Notes under the pieces: generated by a model
The model's input: the letters and a program-made list of their open reading frames with translations, nothing else
What the model was told of the DNA's origin: nothing
Databases searched by the model: none
Made by a program: the position numbers and the translations under genes
Shown here: positions 10,597-19,694 of the stretch, one piece after another
Layout of the letters: every line of letters begins with the position of its first letter
Position numbering within the stretch: position 1 is the first letter of the stretch
Source: an uncultured Verrucomicrobiae bacterium
GTDB taxonomy: Bacteria > Verrucomicrobiota > Verrucomicrobiia > Chthoniobacterales > UBA10450
DNA length: 64,000 nucleotides
Assembly (NCBI GenBank): GCA_963815455.1
Contig: CAWFGO010000001.1
Location: 608,001 to 672,000, forward strand
Direction of reading: 5' to 3'

Positions 10597-10859
10597 CCTC
10601 GCGCGGCGCCGAGGAATTTTGGAGACTTTACCGCGGGTTGCCGTCAGAAGCTCGGACTGCGGCGCGCAAGGCATACCTGATATTTTCCCAGAATCCATCC
10701 CATCCAGGGTTGCGATTGGAGCGGCTGAAATCCGATCCGCGCGCGTGGTCGGTGCGAATCACGCGCGACTACCGGGCCGTTGCACTGCGCGTCGATGACG
10801 ATTGGATATGGTTATGGATTGGCACACACAAAGAGTTCGATCGCAGGTTCCCGGTCTAA
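10593..10859 (+). CDS. RelE/ParE-superfamily toxin
   Basis: F...Y..LP...R..A.KAY..F..NP.HPGL.L..L....WSVRITRDYRA...WLWIGTH.EFD. Confidence 0.8.
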   Translation: MTSRGAEEFWRLYRGLPSEARTAARKAYLIFSQNPSHPGLRLERLKSDPRAWSVRITRDYRAVALRVDDDWIWLWIGTHKEFDRRFPV

Positions 10860-10922
10860 TCGACTCCGAATCTCTTTAGGCTTAGAATCGGCAATCGAAA
10901 ATCGCAGATCGAAAATCTCATT

Positions 10923-10994
10923 GTCCCCGTAGTTCAACGGATAGAACAAGGGTTTCCTAAACCTTAGATGTGGGTTCGATTCCCGCCGGGGACG
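10923..10994 (+). tRNA. tRNA-Arg(CCT)
   Basis: GTCCCCGTAGTTCAACGGATAGAACAAGGGTTTCCTAAACCTTAGATGTGGGTTCGATTCCCGCCGGGGACG cloverleaf; anticodon loop TTCCTAA. Confidence 0.95.
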
Positions 10995-11064
10995 CTTCAA
11001 ACGTTCTCGTTGCATGAGACATTTCGGCGACGCTCCAAGCGCGGACTTCGACTGATTCGGCTTC

Positions 11065-11083
11065 ATTCCCGCCGGGGACGCCA
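11065..11083 (+). repeat. Direct repeat of the tRNA-Arg 3' end (att-like)
   Basis: attcccgccggggacgc at 11065-11081 is identical to 10979-10995 and ends in CCA. Confidence 0.8.
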
Positions 11084-11209
11084 GAACTGTTCCCGCCTAG
11101 TTTTTTTGGCTACCCCTTCTTTGGGCGATGCCAAAAAGGGGTTGACTGTTCGCGTCTGGAGCGGACTTTCCGAGATTATTCGTAAGCTATTTGTTTGGCC
11201 AAGGCGTCG

Positions 11210-12070
11210 ATGAGTGTCGCAATAGTAATCTCCGTCCATGACGGTCTCGTAATCGCCGCTGATAGCGCGTCTACGTTAACGATCAGTACGCCAGCTGGTG
11301 TCGGTGTTGCGAACGTCTACAACAACGCGAACAAAATATTCAATTTGATAAAAGGCTCGTCCATAGGCTGCGTAACGTTTGGCAGCGGAAGTATTGGAAA
11401 TGCGTCTATCGGTACGCTGATCAAAGATTTCCGCGAGATCCTAAGCGATGAGGTTGAGGCAAAAAAACAGCTGGGCTTTGAGCGGAAAAAATACACGATG
11501 GAGCAAGTCTCTAAACTCTTATCCGATTTTCTGGGTAAAGAGTGCGACAAGATCAAAGACACCAATCTACGTCAGACAATCAGCCTGGGGTTAATAGTTG
11601 GGGGATATTCAACTGGAGAAAACTTGGGCGAAGTGTGGTCGATAAAGATTGAAAAAGGCCTCGCCGGAGATCCGAAGAAGTTGCGGCAGGCTGATCAAGT
11701 GGGGATCAATTGGGGGGGCGAATCGGAGGCGATCAGCAGGCTTGTTTTGGGCTTCAGTCCGCGCGTCTTTGATGTGCTGGCACAAGTCATGAAGCCGCCA
11801 CAGCCGCCAGCGGACCTAATGGCAAAATTGCATCCCCTTCTCATAGCGCAGCTGAATGCGCCGTTAGTTTTCGCCCCCATGCCGGTACAAGACGCGATCG
11901 AACTCGGCGAGTTTCTTGTCAATTCGGCAATAATGTTTAGTCGGTTTCTCCCGGGCGCTCAAAGTGTTGGTGGGCCGATAGAAGTTGCCGTCATCACAAA
12001 GCATGAGGGATTTAAGTGGATACGGAGAAAATACTATTATAAAAGAGATATTAATCCCGAAGTCGCCTAA
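11210..12070 (+). CDS. Proteasome-beta/Ntn-hydrolase-like protein
   Basis: (M)SVAIVISVHDGLVIAADS, NANKIF, FGSG and C-terminal VGGPIEVAVIT parallel proteasome beta-subunit motifs. Confidence 0.65.
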   Translation: MSVAIVISVHDGLVIAADSASTLTISTPAGVGVANVYNNANKIFNLIKGSSIGCVTFGSGSIGNASIGTLIKDFREILSDEVEAKKQLGFERKKYTMEQVSKLLSDFLGKECDKIKDTNLRQTISLGLIVGGYSTGENLGEVWSIKIEKGLAGDPKKLRQADQVGINWGGESEAISRLVLGFSPRVFDVLAQVMKPPQPPADLMAKLHPLLIAQLNAPLVFAPMPVQDAIELGEFLVNSAIMFSRFLPGAQSVGGPIEVAVITKHEGFKWIRRKYYYKRDINPEVA

Positions 12071-12073
12071 CAT

Positions 12074-12349
12074 ATGTTCGCAATCGACATGTTCACAATT
12101 GATGAGGTAAAAGTTAAGAATCTGATGGACGCTGAGCCGGTTGAATATGGCGTTGCCGATAAGGCTTTGGAATTCCGGATTCCAAGCACGACCGTGTACA
12201 GCGTTGACTTCACTCCAGCAACGAATGCGATCGACGCGGAAAAATACATTTCAGACTTGCGCGAGCGAGTCATCGCGTCTGGCATAGCATTGAAGTCGCC
12301 GCAGGAGCTTGATCGCGAAATCGGCGAGATGCGACGGCGCGGGTTCTAA
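12074..12349 (+). CDS. Small acidic protein, putative antitoxin
   Basis: 91 aa between the Ntn gene and the PIN gene; C-terminal LKSPQELDREIGEMR resembles antitoxin tails. Confidence 0.6.
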   Translation: MFAIDMFTIDEVKVKNLMDAEPVEYGVADKALEFRIPSTTVYSVDFTPATNAIDAEKYISDLRERVIASGIALKSPQELDREIGEMRRRGF

Positions 12350-12366
12350 GGTGTCCAAGCGTCTCG

Positions 12367-12795
12367 TTGACGACAACGTATATTGATTCTGGAGTTCTGA
12401 TTTACGCCGCCAGAGGGACGGATAGTGCTGCAGAATTAGCGCTGCCTTTTCTCAAGTCGCGTGCTCGGCGGTTTGTTACGAGTGATTACGTCCGCTTGGA
12501 AGTCCTGCCAAAAGCAGTGTGGTACAAAAATACGGCAGAAGTGGCGTTCTACGAGGGGTTCTTCAAACTCAATTTCCGGGTCGTGCGGACAGGTCCTGAA
12601 TTGCTCGATCTGGCAATGGAAGAAGCGTGCCGGAATGGCATCGGGGGGATGGACGCGCTTCATGTTGCTGCAGCGGTGTTCGGGGGCGCTGAGGAATTAG
12701 TGACATCCGAACGTGTGACAAAGCCCATTCATCGGACAAAGCTTTTGCGCGTTGTATCAATCTTCGGCGTCGAGACGGAATCGCGAGAAACTTGA
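12367..12795 (+). CDS. PIN-domain (VapC-like) toxin
   Basis: YIDSGVLI, VRLEVL, MDALHVAAA and ELVTSE acidic PIN motifs. Confidence 0.85.
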   Translation: MTTTYIDSGVLIYAARGTDSAAELALPFLKSRARRFVTSDYVRLEVLPKAVWYKNTAEVAFYEGFFKLNFRVVRTGPELLDLAMEEACRNGIGGMDALHVAAAVFGGAEELVTSERVTKPIHRTKLLRVVSIFGVETESRET

Positions 12796-12863
12796 GTTGC
12801 GATATTGCTAAAGGGCCAAACTAGCCAGTTATGCCCCGCAGCTGCGGTCAAAATACGGATCAA

Positions 12864-13949
12864 CTATACAATCGCCGGTGGCTCCTGCTGCTCTTCCCCG
12901 TAGAATTGTGACCAAGGATAGCCTTGCTGGAAGATTCGTATCATCTGGTCGTTAACGAATCCAAAGTAGAAGGCCTTCCCGAAGCAGGCAGGATTGATAT
13001 CGATGTTCTTTTTCTGCCATGTCCGGGAATGAAATCGCGCAATTACGTAGCTGACGAAATCCGCCAGCTCGAGACACGGCTGAGAACCGGGTTGAACAAA
13101 CTGCGGGTCCGGAATGGTTATGCATCGCGAAAGGAATGCGAACTGAAATGTGTTTCGGTTCTCCAAGTAGAACCTGCTAGCAGTCTTGAACGAGTCGTCT
13201 TGATCAAAAACGAAATTCGGTTGCAGCCCCATGCTCGTGTTCTCGTCGATGAGTTTCATTATCAAGTGAACGAAAGAAAAAGCTCTTGCCGCCTCGAGTG
13301 TTCTTACTCCGAGTTGATGGGTCGCTGATAAGTTAAACACAAAAAGCTCGTTGTTTAATTCCAGCATGAGCTCGCCAAGTGCTTGAACAGCAGCCACGCG
13401 TTTATTCATGGCCCAATGAGCAAACACCGGGTGCCCCTGAGGCTTATTGACCAAATCTACCATGTGGAAGCGCCATTGTTCCGGCATCAGGCTGGGGCAA
13501 AGCCTAATCTTAAGTTCACGCACCGCTTGATTAGTTTTCTTTATAACTACCGGGGATGCTCCGACTAGGGTGTATGTCCAAATAAACGTGCCCGGTGGGA
13601 TTGAGTCCCGGTAGGCTTCATCACCGAAAAGCAATAATTTTCCTTTCACCCCCATGCGGGGAAAGTGAATCATCACGGTTTCCCCGCACGCGGAACATGG
13701 AATGCCTTCGCTAATCTGGACCCACATTTTTTTGTTATGAATTGGATCGAAATCTAGGGGCATTACAGGGTCGTTATGAACTCGTTGTGTAGTCCACGGG
13801 ATCGCAAGGGAAGCACCACAGGCTTGGCAGGCGACGGTCTTTCCGACGAGGTCTAAAGGTAGATATTCTAAATCGTGCAAAGAGTAATGAGCCTCCCCGT
13901 AATGTTGGCCAAACAATTGGCTGTGCCAAGGTCCCGACAGGTCCAGCAT
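12864..13949 (-). CDS. Zn-ribbon + DUF3800-like (RNase H fold) protein
   Basis: CQAC...CSAC N-terminal; FGDEA, FH, VFDQD and LELADFVSY motifs. Confidence 0.65.
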   Translation of the reverse strand: MLDLSGPWHSQLFGQHYGEAHYSLHDLEYLPLDLVGKTVACQACGASLAIPWTTQRVHNDPVMPLDFDPIHNKKMWVQISEGIPCSACGETVMIHFPRMGVKGKLLLFGDEAYRDSIPPGTFIWTYTLVGASPVVIKKTNQAVRELKIRLCPSLMPEQWRFHMVDLVNKPQGHPVFAHWAMNKRVAAVQALGELMLELNNELFVFNLSATHQLGVRTLEAARAFSFVHLIMKLIDENTSMGLQPNFVFDQDDSFKTASRFYLENRNTFQFAFLSRCITIPDPQFVQPGSQPCLELADFVSYVIARFHSRTWQKKNIDINPACFGKAFYFGFVNDQMIRIFQQGYPWSQFYGEEQQEPPAIV

Positions 13950-14029
13950 CGAGCTATTGCTTTTGTGTCACGCGGTTTAAGACAGGAGATGACGCCTAAC
14001 GATTCCTGCAAAAATCCCGTTTTCGTATC

Positions 14030-14065
14030 AGGAAACCTCCGTTCTATCCGTTGAACTACGGGGAC
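14030..14065 (-). pseudogene. 5' half of tRNA-Arg(CCT), truncated right after the anticodon
   Basis: Reverse complement GTCCCCGTAGTTCAACGGATAGAACGGAGGTTTCCT; first 25 nt identical to 10923-10947; no T-arm follows. Confidence 0.75.
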
Positions 14066-14400
14066 CTCCTCAGACGTCAGATGTCAGAAGTCCGAGGTCA
14101 GAATCTTAGATTGCTGATTTGCTATTCGGATTTGCCGGCGGACGACGGGCGTGGAACTGGAACGGCTAAAATGAGAGAGCGGCAGAGGCTTACGCCGCCT
14201 GCCGCTCCTGCTCTCGAACCCACGAGAGCTTCCCTTAACCCAAACCCTGCCTAAAATCTATGGCAATTCTGGTTTTAATGTAAATTATGACCCCGCGCAA
14301 CTGAAATCTTTGGCCGGCTCCTATTCACCAACCCGCGATTCCATTCTTGCCTAACCGAGCGATTATCCGCAGAATCCGCGCACTTGAGGCCGAGAATTAT

Positions 14401-14979
14401 ATGAAAAAGAACAAATTCAGCGACGTCTTGATCAATAAATTAACCGGACCTGCGATCGTGTGCGTCGCGCTGGCAGTGTCGCTGTTTCTTACCGCCTGCG
14501 GGTCAACCTCCAGTTTGCAGGGACCACAGGGAACTGTGATTACTCCGACCAGAAAGTTCTCCAAAGTAACCGTGCAGAATTTTACCTCCTCCGGTCCGGA
14601 AGTGGGAGAGAACCTCGATAAGGCGAAGACCTATTTTCCCGACCGCATCGCCACCGAGATCAGGAGGGGAGGCCGATTCGCGAGCGTGGCTCGCAACGCC
14701 AAGCCGGACGCGAACACCCTGGTCATCAGGGGCGTAATCACCAAATACGAAGAGGGCAACCCGATGATGCGTTTCTTCATCGGTATGGGAGCGGGCAGCT
14801 CCTTCCTTGAAGCCGACGTGGAATTTCGAAGCAACAAGGGAGCGACGGTCGGCCGAATCAAAGTCGACAAGAATAGTTGGGCGCTGGGTGGCGGCATCGC
14901 GGCCGGCCAGAATCCGCAATCGTTCATGAACGGCGCTTCGGATAAGATCGCCGAGGAAGCGGCCAAGCTGGCGAAGTAA
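14401..14979 (+). CDS. DUF4410 lipoprotein
   Basis: Lipobox LTAC; LVIRGVITKYEEGN..MRFFIGMGAGSS. Confidence 0.8.
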   Translation: MKKNKFSDVLINKLTGPAIVCVALAVSLFLTACGSTSSLQGPQGTVITPTRKFSKVTVQNFTSSGPEVGENLDKAKTYFPDRIATEIRRGGRFASVARNAKPDANTLVIRGVITKYEEGNPMMRFFIGMGAGSSFLEADVEFRSNKGATVGRIKVDKNSWALGGGIAAGQNPQSFMNGASDKIAEEAAKLAK

Positions 14980-14983
14980 CTCT

Positions 14984-15274
14984 CTACTTCAGCAAGCGCT
15001 GCCGAATGGCTTGCTCGGTCAACCCGTCGATCCGAAGCAGTTTGTCGCGCGATTTCTGACCACGCACGAGAGCGATCTGGCGTTCGGAGATGTTCAGTTC
15101 CCTAGCGAGAAAACTGCGCAGCGCGGCATTGGCTTTCCCTTCCACCGCCGGTGCTCGCAACTTGATCTTGATCGCGCCTCCGTGTCCGCCACGGGACGGA
15201 TTCGCCGTGGCGAGCTCGCCCACAACTTTGTCGATCTTGGCGTTGGGAACGATGTGAAATCGAAGCGTGGCCAT
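14984..15274 (-). CDS. DUF167 (YggU-like) protein with a 10-aa repeat-derived insertion
   Basis: VPNAK...IKIKLRAPAVEGKANAAL..FLA..L......I.LVRGQKSRDK. Confidence 0.88.
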   Translation of the reverse strand: MATLRFHIVPNAKIDKVVGELATANPSRGGHGGAIKIKLRAPAVEGKANAALRSFLARELNISERQIALVRGQKSRDKLLRIDGLTEQAIRQRLLK

Positions 15275-15385
15275 TCACCAACTGTAGCGGCGGTCTCTGA
15301 CCGTCGCATCAATTCCGATCAGCTACTTCGCGTCGGCGGCAAAACAAACCTCGGTTTCATGCGTGTCTTGAACTAACTTGGGAGC

Positions 15386-15916
15386 GTGATCCCAATCCGC
15401 ACCTACTTGAACGTAGCCCAGGCCGAGCTGGCAAAATCGCTCCTCGATGATCACGGAATTTTCTGCGCCGTCGCGCATGAAAACGCGCACCTTTACGGTG
15501 GGAGTCCATTTGCAATGCCGATTCAATTGCTGGTCGCCGAAGATCAGGCCAGGCAGGCGATCCAAATTCTCGATGGGCGGGTAGAAACGGCGACCGATGC
15601 CCAAGCGCCTGTTCCCGTCCCGCTTCCGGTTTCCGATCGGGAAACTCGCGGCCTAATCGCCAAGGATAACCCCTGGGAGCTACTGGTCATGGCCGCCCTT
15701 TTCCTTTTGCCGGGAATTTGGGGATTATGGGTGAAATATCCGGCGGTCAACGCCTTCGAACGGCAAACGCATGCCGCTGTCATCGCCGTCTCGGTGTTTC
15801 ACTTCTTCGCCTTGCTCGCTGTCGCCTTCGCGATGTGCCTCATCTTCGGTTACGTATATGCCCGGGCATCGATCGTCCGCGATAAGCGAGCCGCATCCCC
15901 GCAGACTCCAAGCTGA
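15386..15916 (+). CDS. DUF2007-domain membrane protein
   Basis: TY.NVAQAELAKSLLDDHGI...IQLLVAEDQA..AIQIL followed by two TM helices. Confidence 0.7.
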   Translation: MIPIRTYLNVAQAELAKSLLDDHGIFCAVAHENAHLYGGSPFAMPIQLLVAEDQARQAIQILDGRVETATDAQAPVPVPLPVSDRETRGLIAKDNPWELLVMAALFLLPGIWGLWVKYPAVNAFERQTHAAVIAVSVFHFFALLAVAFAMCLIFGYVYARASIVRDKRAASPQTPS

Positions 15917-16025
15917 CTGGAATCTGGCCTAACGGAGTGCTTTTCCTTTTATCCTTTTGGCGTCTGGGAAACCACCGCTGCTTGTTAACGTGGGGCGCGA
16001 GCAGACGCGTCGCCCGGCGAAGGGT

Positions 16026-16544
16026 CTAGACCTTGGGCGGCTCTTCCCCGAGGCCGCGAAAATGTTCCTCCAAGAACACGAGATCGTCGACATCTTTGGC
16101 GCGCCGGGTTGGCTTTTTTGTTCGCCAAAGCAAACGCGGCGAAGCGAACGGGATCGGAACCCCTTGCACGTTGCGAACGACGATTTCCTTCGCCGCTTCA
16201 GCGTACTCAATTCCACCTGCCGCTTTCATGAGATCGACCATGATCTCATCGCCCACGCGAACAACACCGTATTGCGAAATCTCGCCAGGCTTTAGTTCAC
16301 GGACCGCCTTGTCCGGCAGGATTTCGAGGGCTTCGAAGACAAGCGCCTCGTTTTCCATCGATGTCTCGATCAACAAATCGACGTCGGCGGTTGTCCTGGC
16401 AAACCCCGCGACGATGATCGCGAAGCCACCGATGACAATATACTTGGCGCCCAATTCATTCAATTTGCGGCAAACCGCAACGAGATCCGTCTCTTCGGGG
16501 ACACGCGTTGTCAGTTCTTCCGCGGGCGGCGGCGGCTCATCCAT
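16026..16544 (-). CDS. Nucleotidyltransferase-fold protein (DUF2204/DUF6036-like)
   Basis: YIVIGGFA...RTTADVDLL...VDL...L..TK...RAKD..D. Confidence 0.75.
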   Translation of the reverse strand: MDEPPPPAEELTTRVPEETDLVAVCRKLNELGAKYIVIGGFAIIVAGFARTTADVDLLIETSMENEALVFEALEILPDKAVRELKPGEISQYGVVRVGDEIMVDLMKAAGGIEYAEAAKEIVVRNVQGVPIPFASPRLLWRTKKPTRRAKDVDDLVFLEEHFRGLGEEPPKV

Positions 16545-16756
16545 TGCAACAACCATTCATCAGCTTCTTCATGCGTCTTAAACCGGAAAACACCGGTGGG
16601 ACAAATCCCCTCAAGATGATTTTGAAGGCAGTTGACTGTCTTCTGTAATTTCATCGCCACTGCGAAAGCGTCAGCGGCCGGCTTGCGTCGTCCGACGGTT
16701 CTGCCGATTTTTTCTCCAAAGTTAACGACCGGCTCCATGTTGTCTGAAGGTCGCAT
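16511..16756 (-). CDS. Small protein paired with the nucleotidyltransferase
   Basis: 81 aa with PTGVFRFKTHEEADEW motif; overlaps the NTase start. Confidence 0.65.
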   Translation of the reverse strand: MRPSDNMEPVVNFGEKIGRTVGRRKPAADAFAVAMKLQKTVNCLQNHLEGICPTGVFRFKTHEEADEWLLQWMSRRRPRKN

Positions 16757-16780
16757 ATTCCAAGCGTCGAGCCAAGCAAC

Positions 16781-17755
16781 TTAGAGGCCCACTGCATCGC
16801 GCACTCGTCGCATTACTTGATCAGCGACTTCGTTGGCCCGCTTGGCGCCGCGGGCGAGGACTTTGTCGATGTACGTTTTGTCGGCCAAAATTTCTTCCCG
16901 GCGTTTGCGCATGGGAGCGAAATATCCCCAGAGCTTTTCAAACAGCTCTTTCTTGAAATCGCCGTAACCAGTTCCCCCTTTTTGAAATCGCTCGCGCATA
17001 TTCGCGATTTCATCTTTCGATGCGAAGAGCGAATACAAATGAAGGATTGTCGATTTGGACGAATCCTTCGGAGCTTCCACCGGTGTGGAGTCGGTCACGA
17101 TGCTCATCACCCGTTTCCGCGTTTCCTTTTCGTCGCCGAAGATGTCGATGTTATTGTTGTAACTCTTGCTCATTTTCTGGCCATCAATTCCGGGAACAAC
17201 CTCGGTCGCAGCATGAATGCGCGGCTCGGGCAATTTGAAAATTCGCCCGTCCGGCTCGGACCCGTAGGTCTCGTTTATTTTCACGGCCAGATCGCGGGTC
17301 ATCTCGATGTGCTGTTTTTGATCTTTGCCGACCGGCACGACGTCGCTGTCGTAAATCAAAATATCGGCGGCCATGAGGACCGGGTAGCTGAACAGTCCAA
17401 CGGTCGGCGCGAGCCCGCGGGCCAGTTTATCTTTGTAAGAGTGTGCGCGCTCGAGCAGGCCCATTGGCGCGACGGTTGATAAAATCCAAGCCAGCTCTGT
17501 CACTTGCGGCACGTCCGACTGAAGAAAAAGCGCGCCTTTATTCGGATCGAGGCCGCAGGCTAGAAAATCGAGCGCCACGCGGTGGCTATTTTCGCGCAAT
17601 ACCTTCGGGTCGCGCACGCTGGTGAGCGCATGATACTCGGCGATGAAATAGAACGCTTCGCCTTCGGCCTGGAGCGCGATCGCCGGGCGCATCATGCCAA
17701 AGTAATTGCCGATGTGCAGCAGACCGCTGGGCTGAATACCGGATAGAATTCGCAT
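16781..17755 (-). CDS. trpS: Tryptophan--tRNA ligase
   Basis: SGIQPSG.LHIGNY (HIGH), VPVGKDQKQH and KMSKS. Confidence 0.97.
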   Translation of the reverse strand: MRILSGIQPSGLLHIGNYFGMMRPAIALQAEGEAFYFIAEYHALTSVRDPKVLRENSHRVALDFLACGLDPNKGALFLQSDVPQVTELAWILSTVAPMGLLERAHSYKDKLARGLAPTVGLFSYPVLMAADILIYDSDVVPVGKDQKQHIEMTRDLAVKINETYGSEPDGRIFKLPEPRIHAATEVVPGIDGQKMSKSYNNNIDIFGDEKETRKRVMSIVTDSTPVEAPKDSSKSTILHLYSLFASKDEIANMRERFQKGGTGYGDFKKELFEKLWGYFAPMRKRREEILADKTYIDKVLARGAKRANEVADQVMRRVRDAVGL

Positions 17756-17764
17756 CTTCTTAGC

Positions 17765-18528
17765 CTAATCTCGATCAACCAAAGGAAATTTGATCCATCC
17801 AACGGCGTCGCGTGGGAGCACAGGCTCGATTGCGTGATCGGTAATTCGAAAGTAGTAAAGCTTCATCGCACGATCATAGTAAGGATCTATAAGCCGTGGC
17901 GGAATCATACGGCCTTTTGCAAAGGTTACCCCAGACATGGTTTTCGCGAAGGCCGTCCCCCTACCAATCTTGCCTGCACAGACCACTTCACCGGGTCGCA
18001 CGCCTTCAGTAGACATCGCTTCGCGATCAAATTCTGTTTCGAATCTGATTGTTTCGGCCCGAGTCGTTTTTAAAGAATCCGAGAATCGCAATGAATTCGC
18101 GGACTCGGGGCCCAGGGAGCACTTCGAGTTTCTCAAGAATAATCGAGAAGGGATCACCACCAAGGTGTCCATGAATTCGTGTATCGAGTATTCCCGTGAC
18201 GCGCACCCAGCGTGCATTGACGTGATCGTACAAACCTCTTTTGGCACGTGCCGGAGTTTCGTACGGCACAAAAATCGCGCTGGTGTCGTCGCAGTCACGT
18301 TTGCGTGAATTAAGGCAATCTTTGACATCGCGCCACGCTTTTGCATCTCTCCAAACCCACAGGAGACCGCCATCTGCATCAGCAATTCCTCTGATCGTGA
18401 CACGCTTTCGGTCGTACTTTCCAGGATTACTGAAAAGCTCTTGGAAACGGACTTCAGTTGTAGAAGCGACAGCGCTCGCACGCATGGTGATCAATAATCG
18501 CGACGATCAGGGTAATCGAAATGCGCAT
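17765..18528 (-). CDS. Secreted hypothetical protein (2 frameshifts)
   Basis: MRISITLIVAII start; joins the 18027-18494 frame (ELFSNPGKYDRKRVTIRG, OB-fold-like) and the 17765 frame. Confidence 0.5.
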
Positions 18529-18731
18529 ATCGATTTCAGTTGAACCAACGAGAAATTCCTCGACTAGGTCGGGAATGACAAGCGATGTGCAGAATGCCGC
18601 TCGGTTGTATGCCAGGAATAGGATACGCATGCTGGTGCCAGTTAAGTCCGCAATCGGCGATCCGCAATCCGCAGCATATTTGCACTGTTTCTCGCTCGCA
18701 ATTTGCCCGTTAACCGCTAGATAAACCCGAA

Positions 18732-19686
<955 letters not shown>

Positions 19687-19694
<8 letters not shown>

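Noticed and set aside
12065..14000. GCCTAAC heptamers at 12065 and 13994 as integron attC/core sites
   Set aside because: No complete attC hairpin with paired R and L boxes and no integrase; 7-mers occur by chance
13950..14029. Intact group I intron in tRNA-Arg(CCT)
   Set aside because: Only a 5-bp P1-like stem; no P7-type core and no 3' exon found
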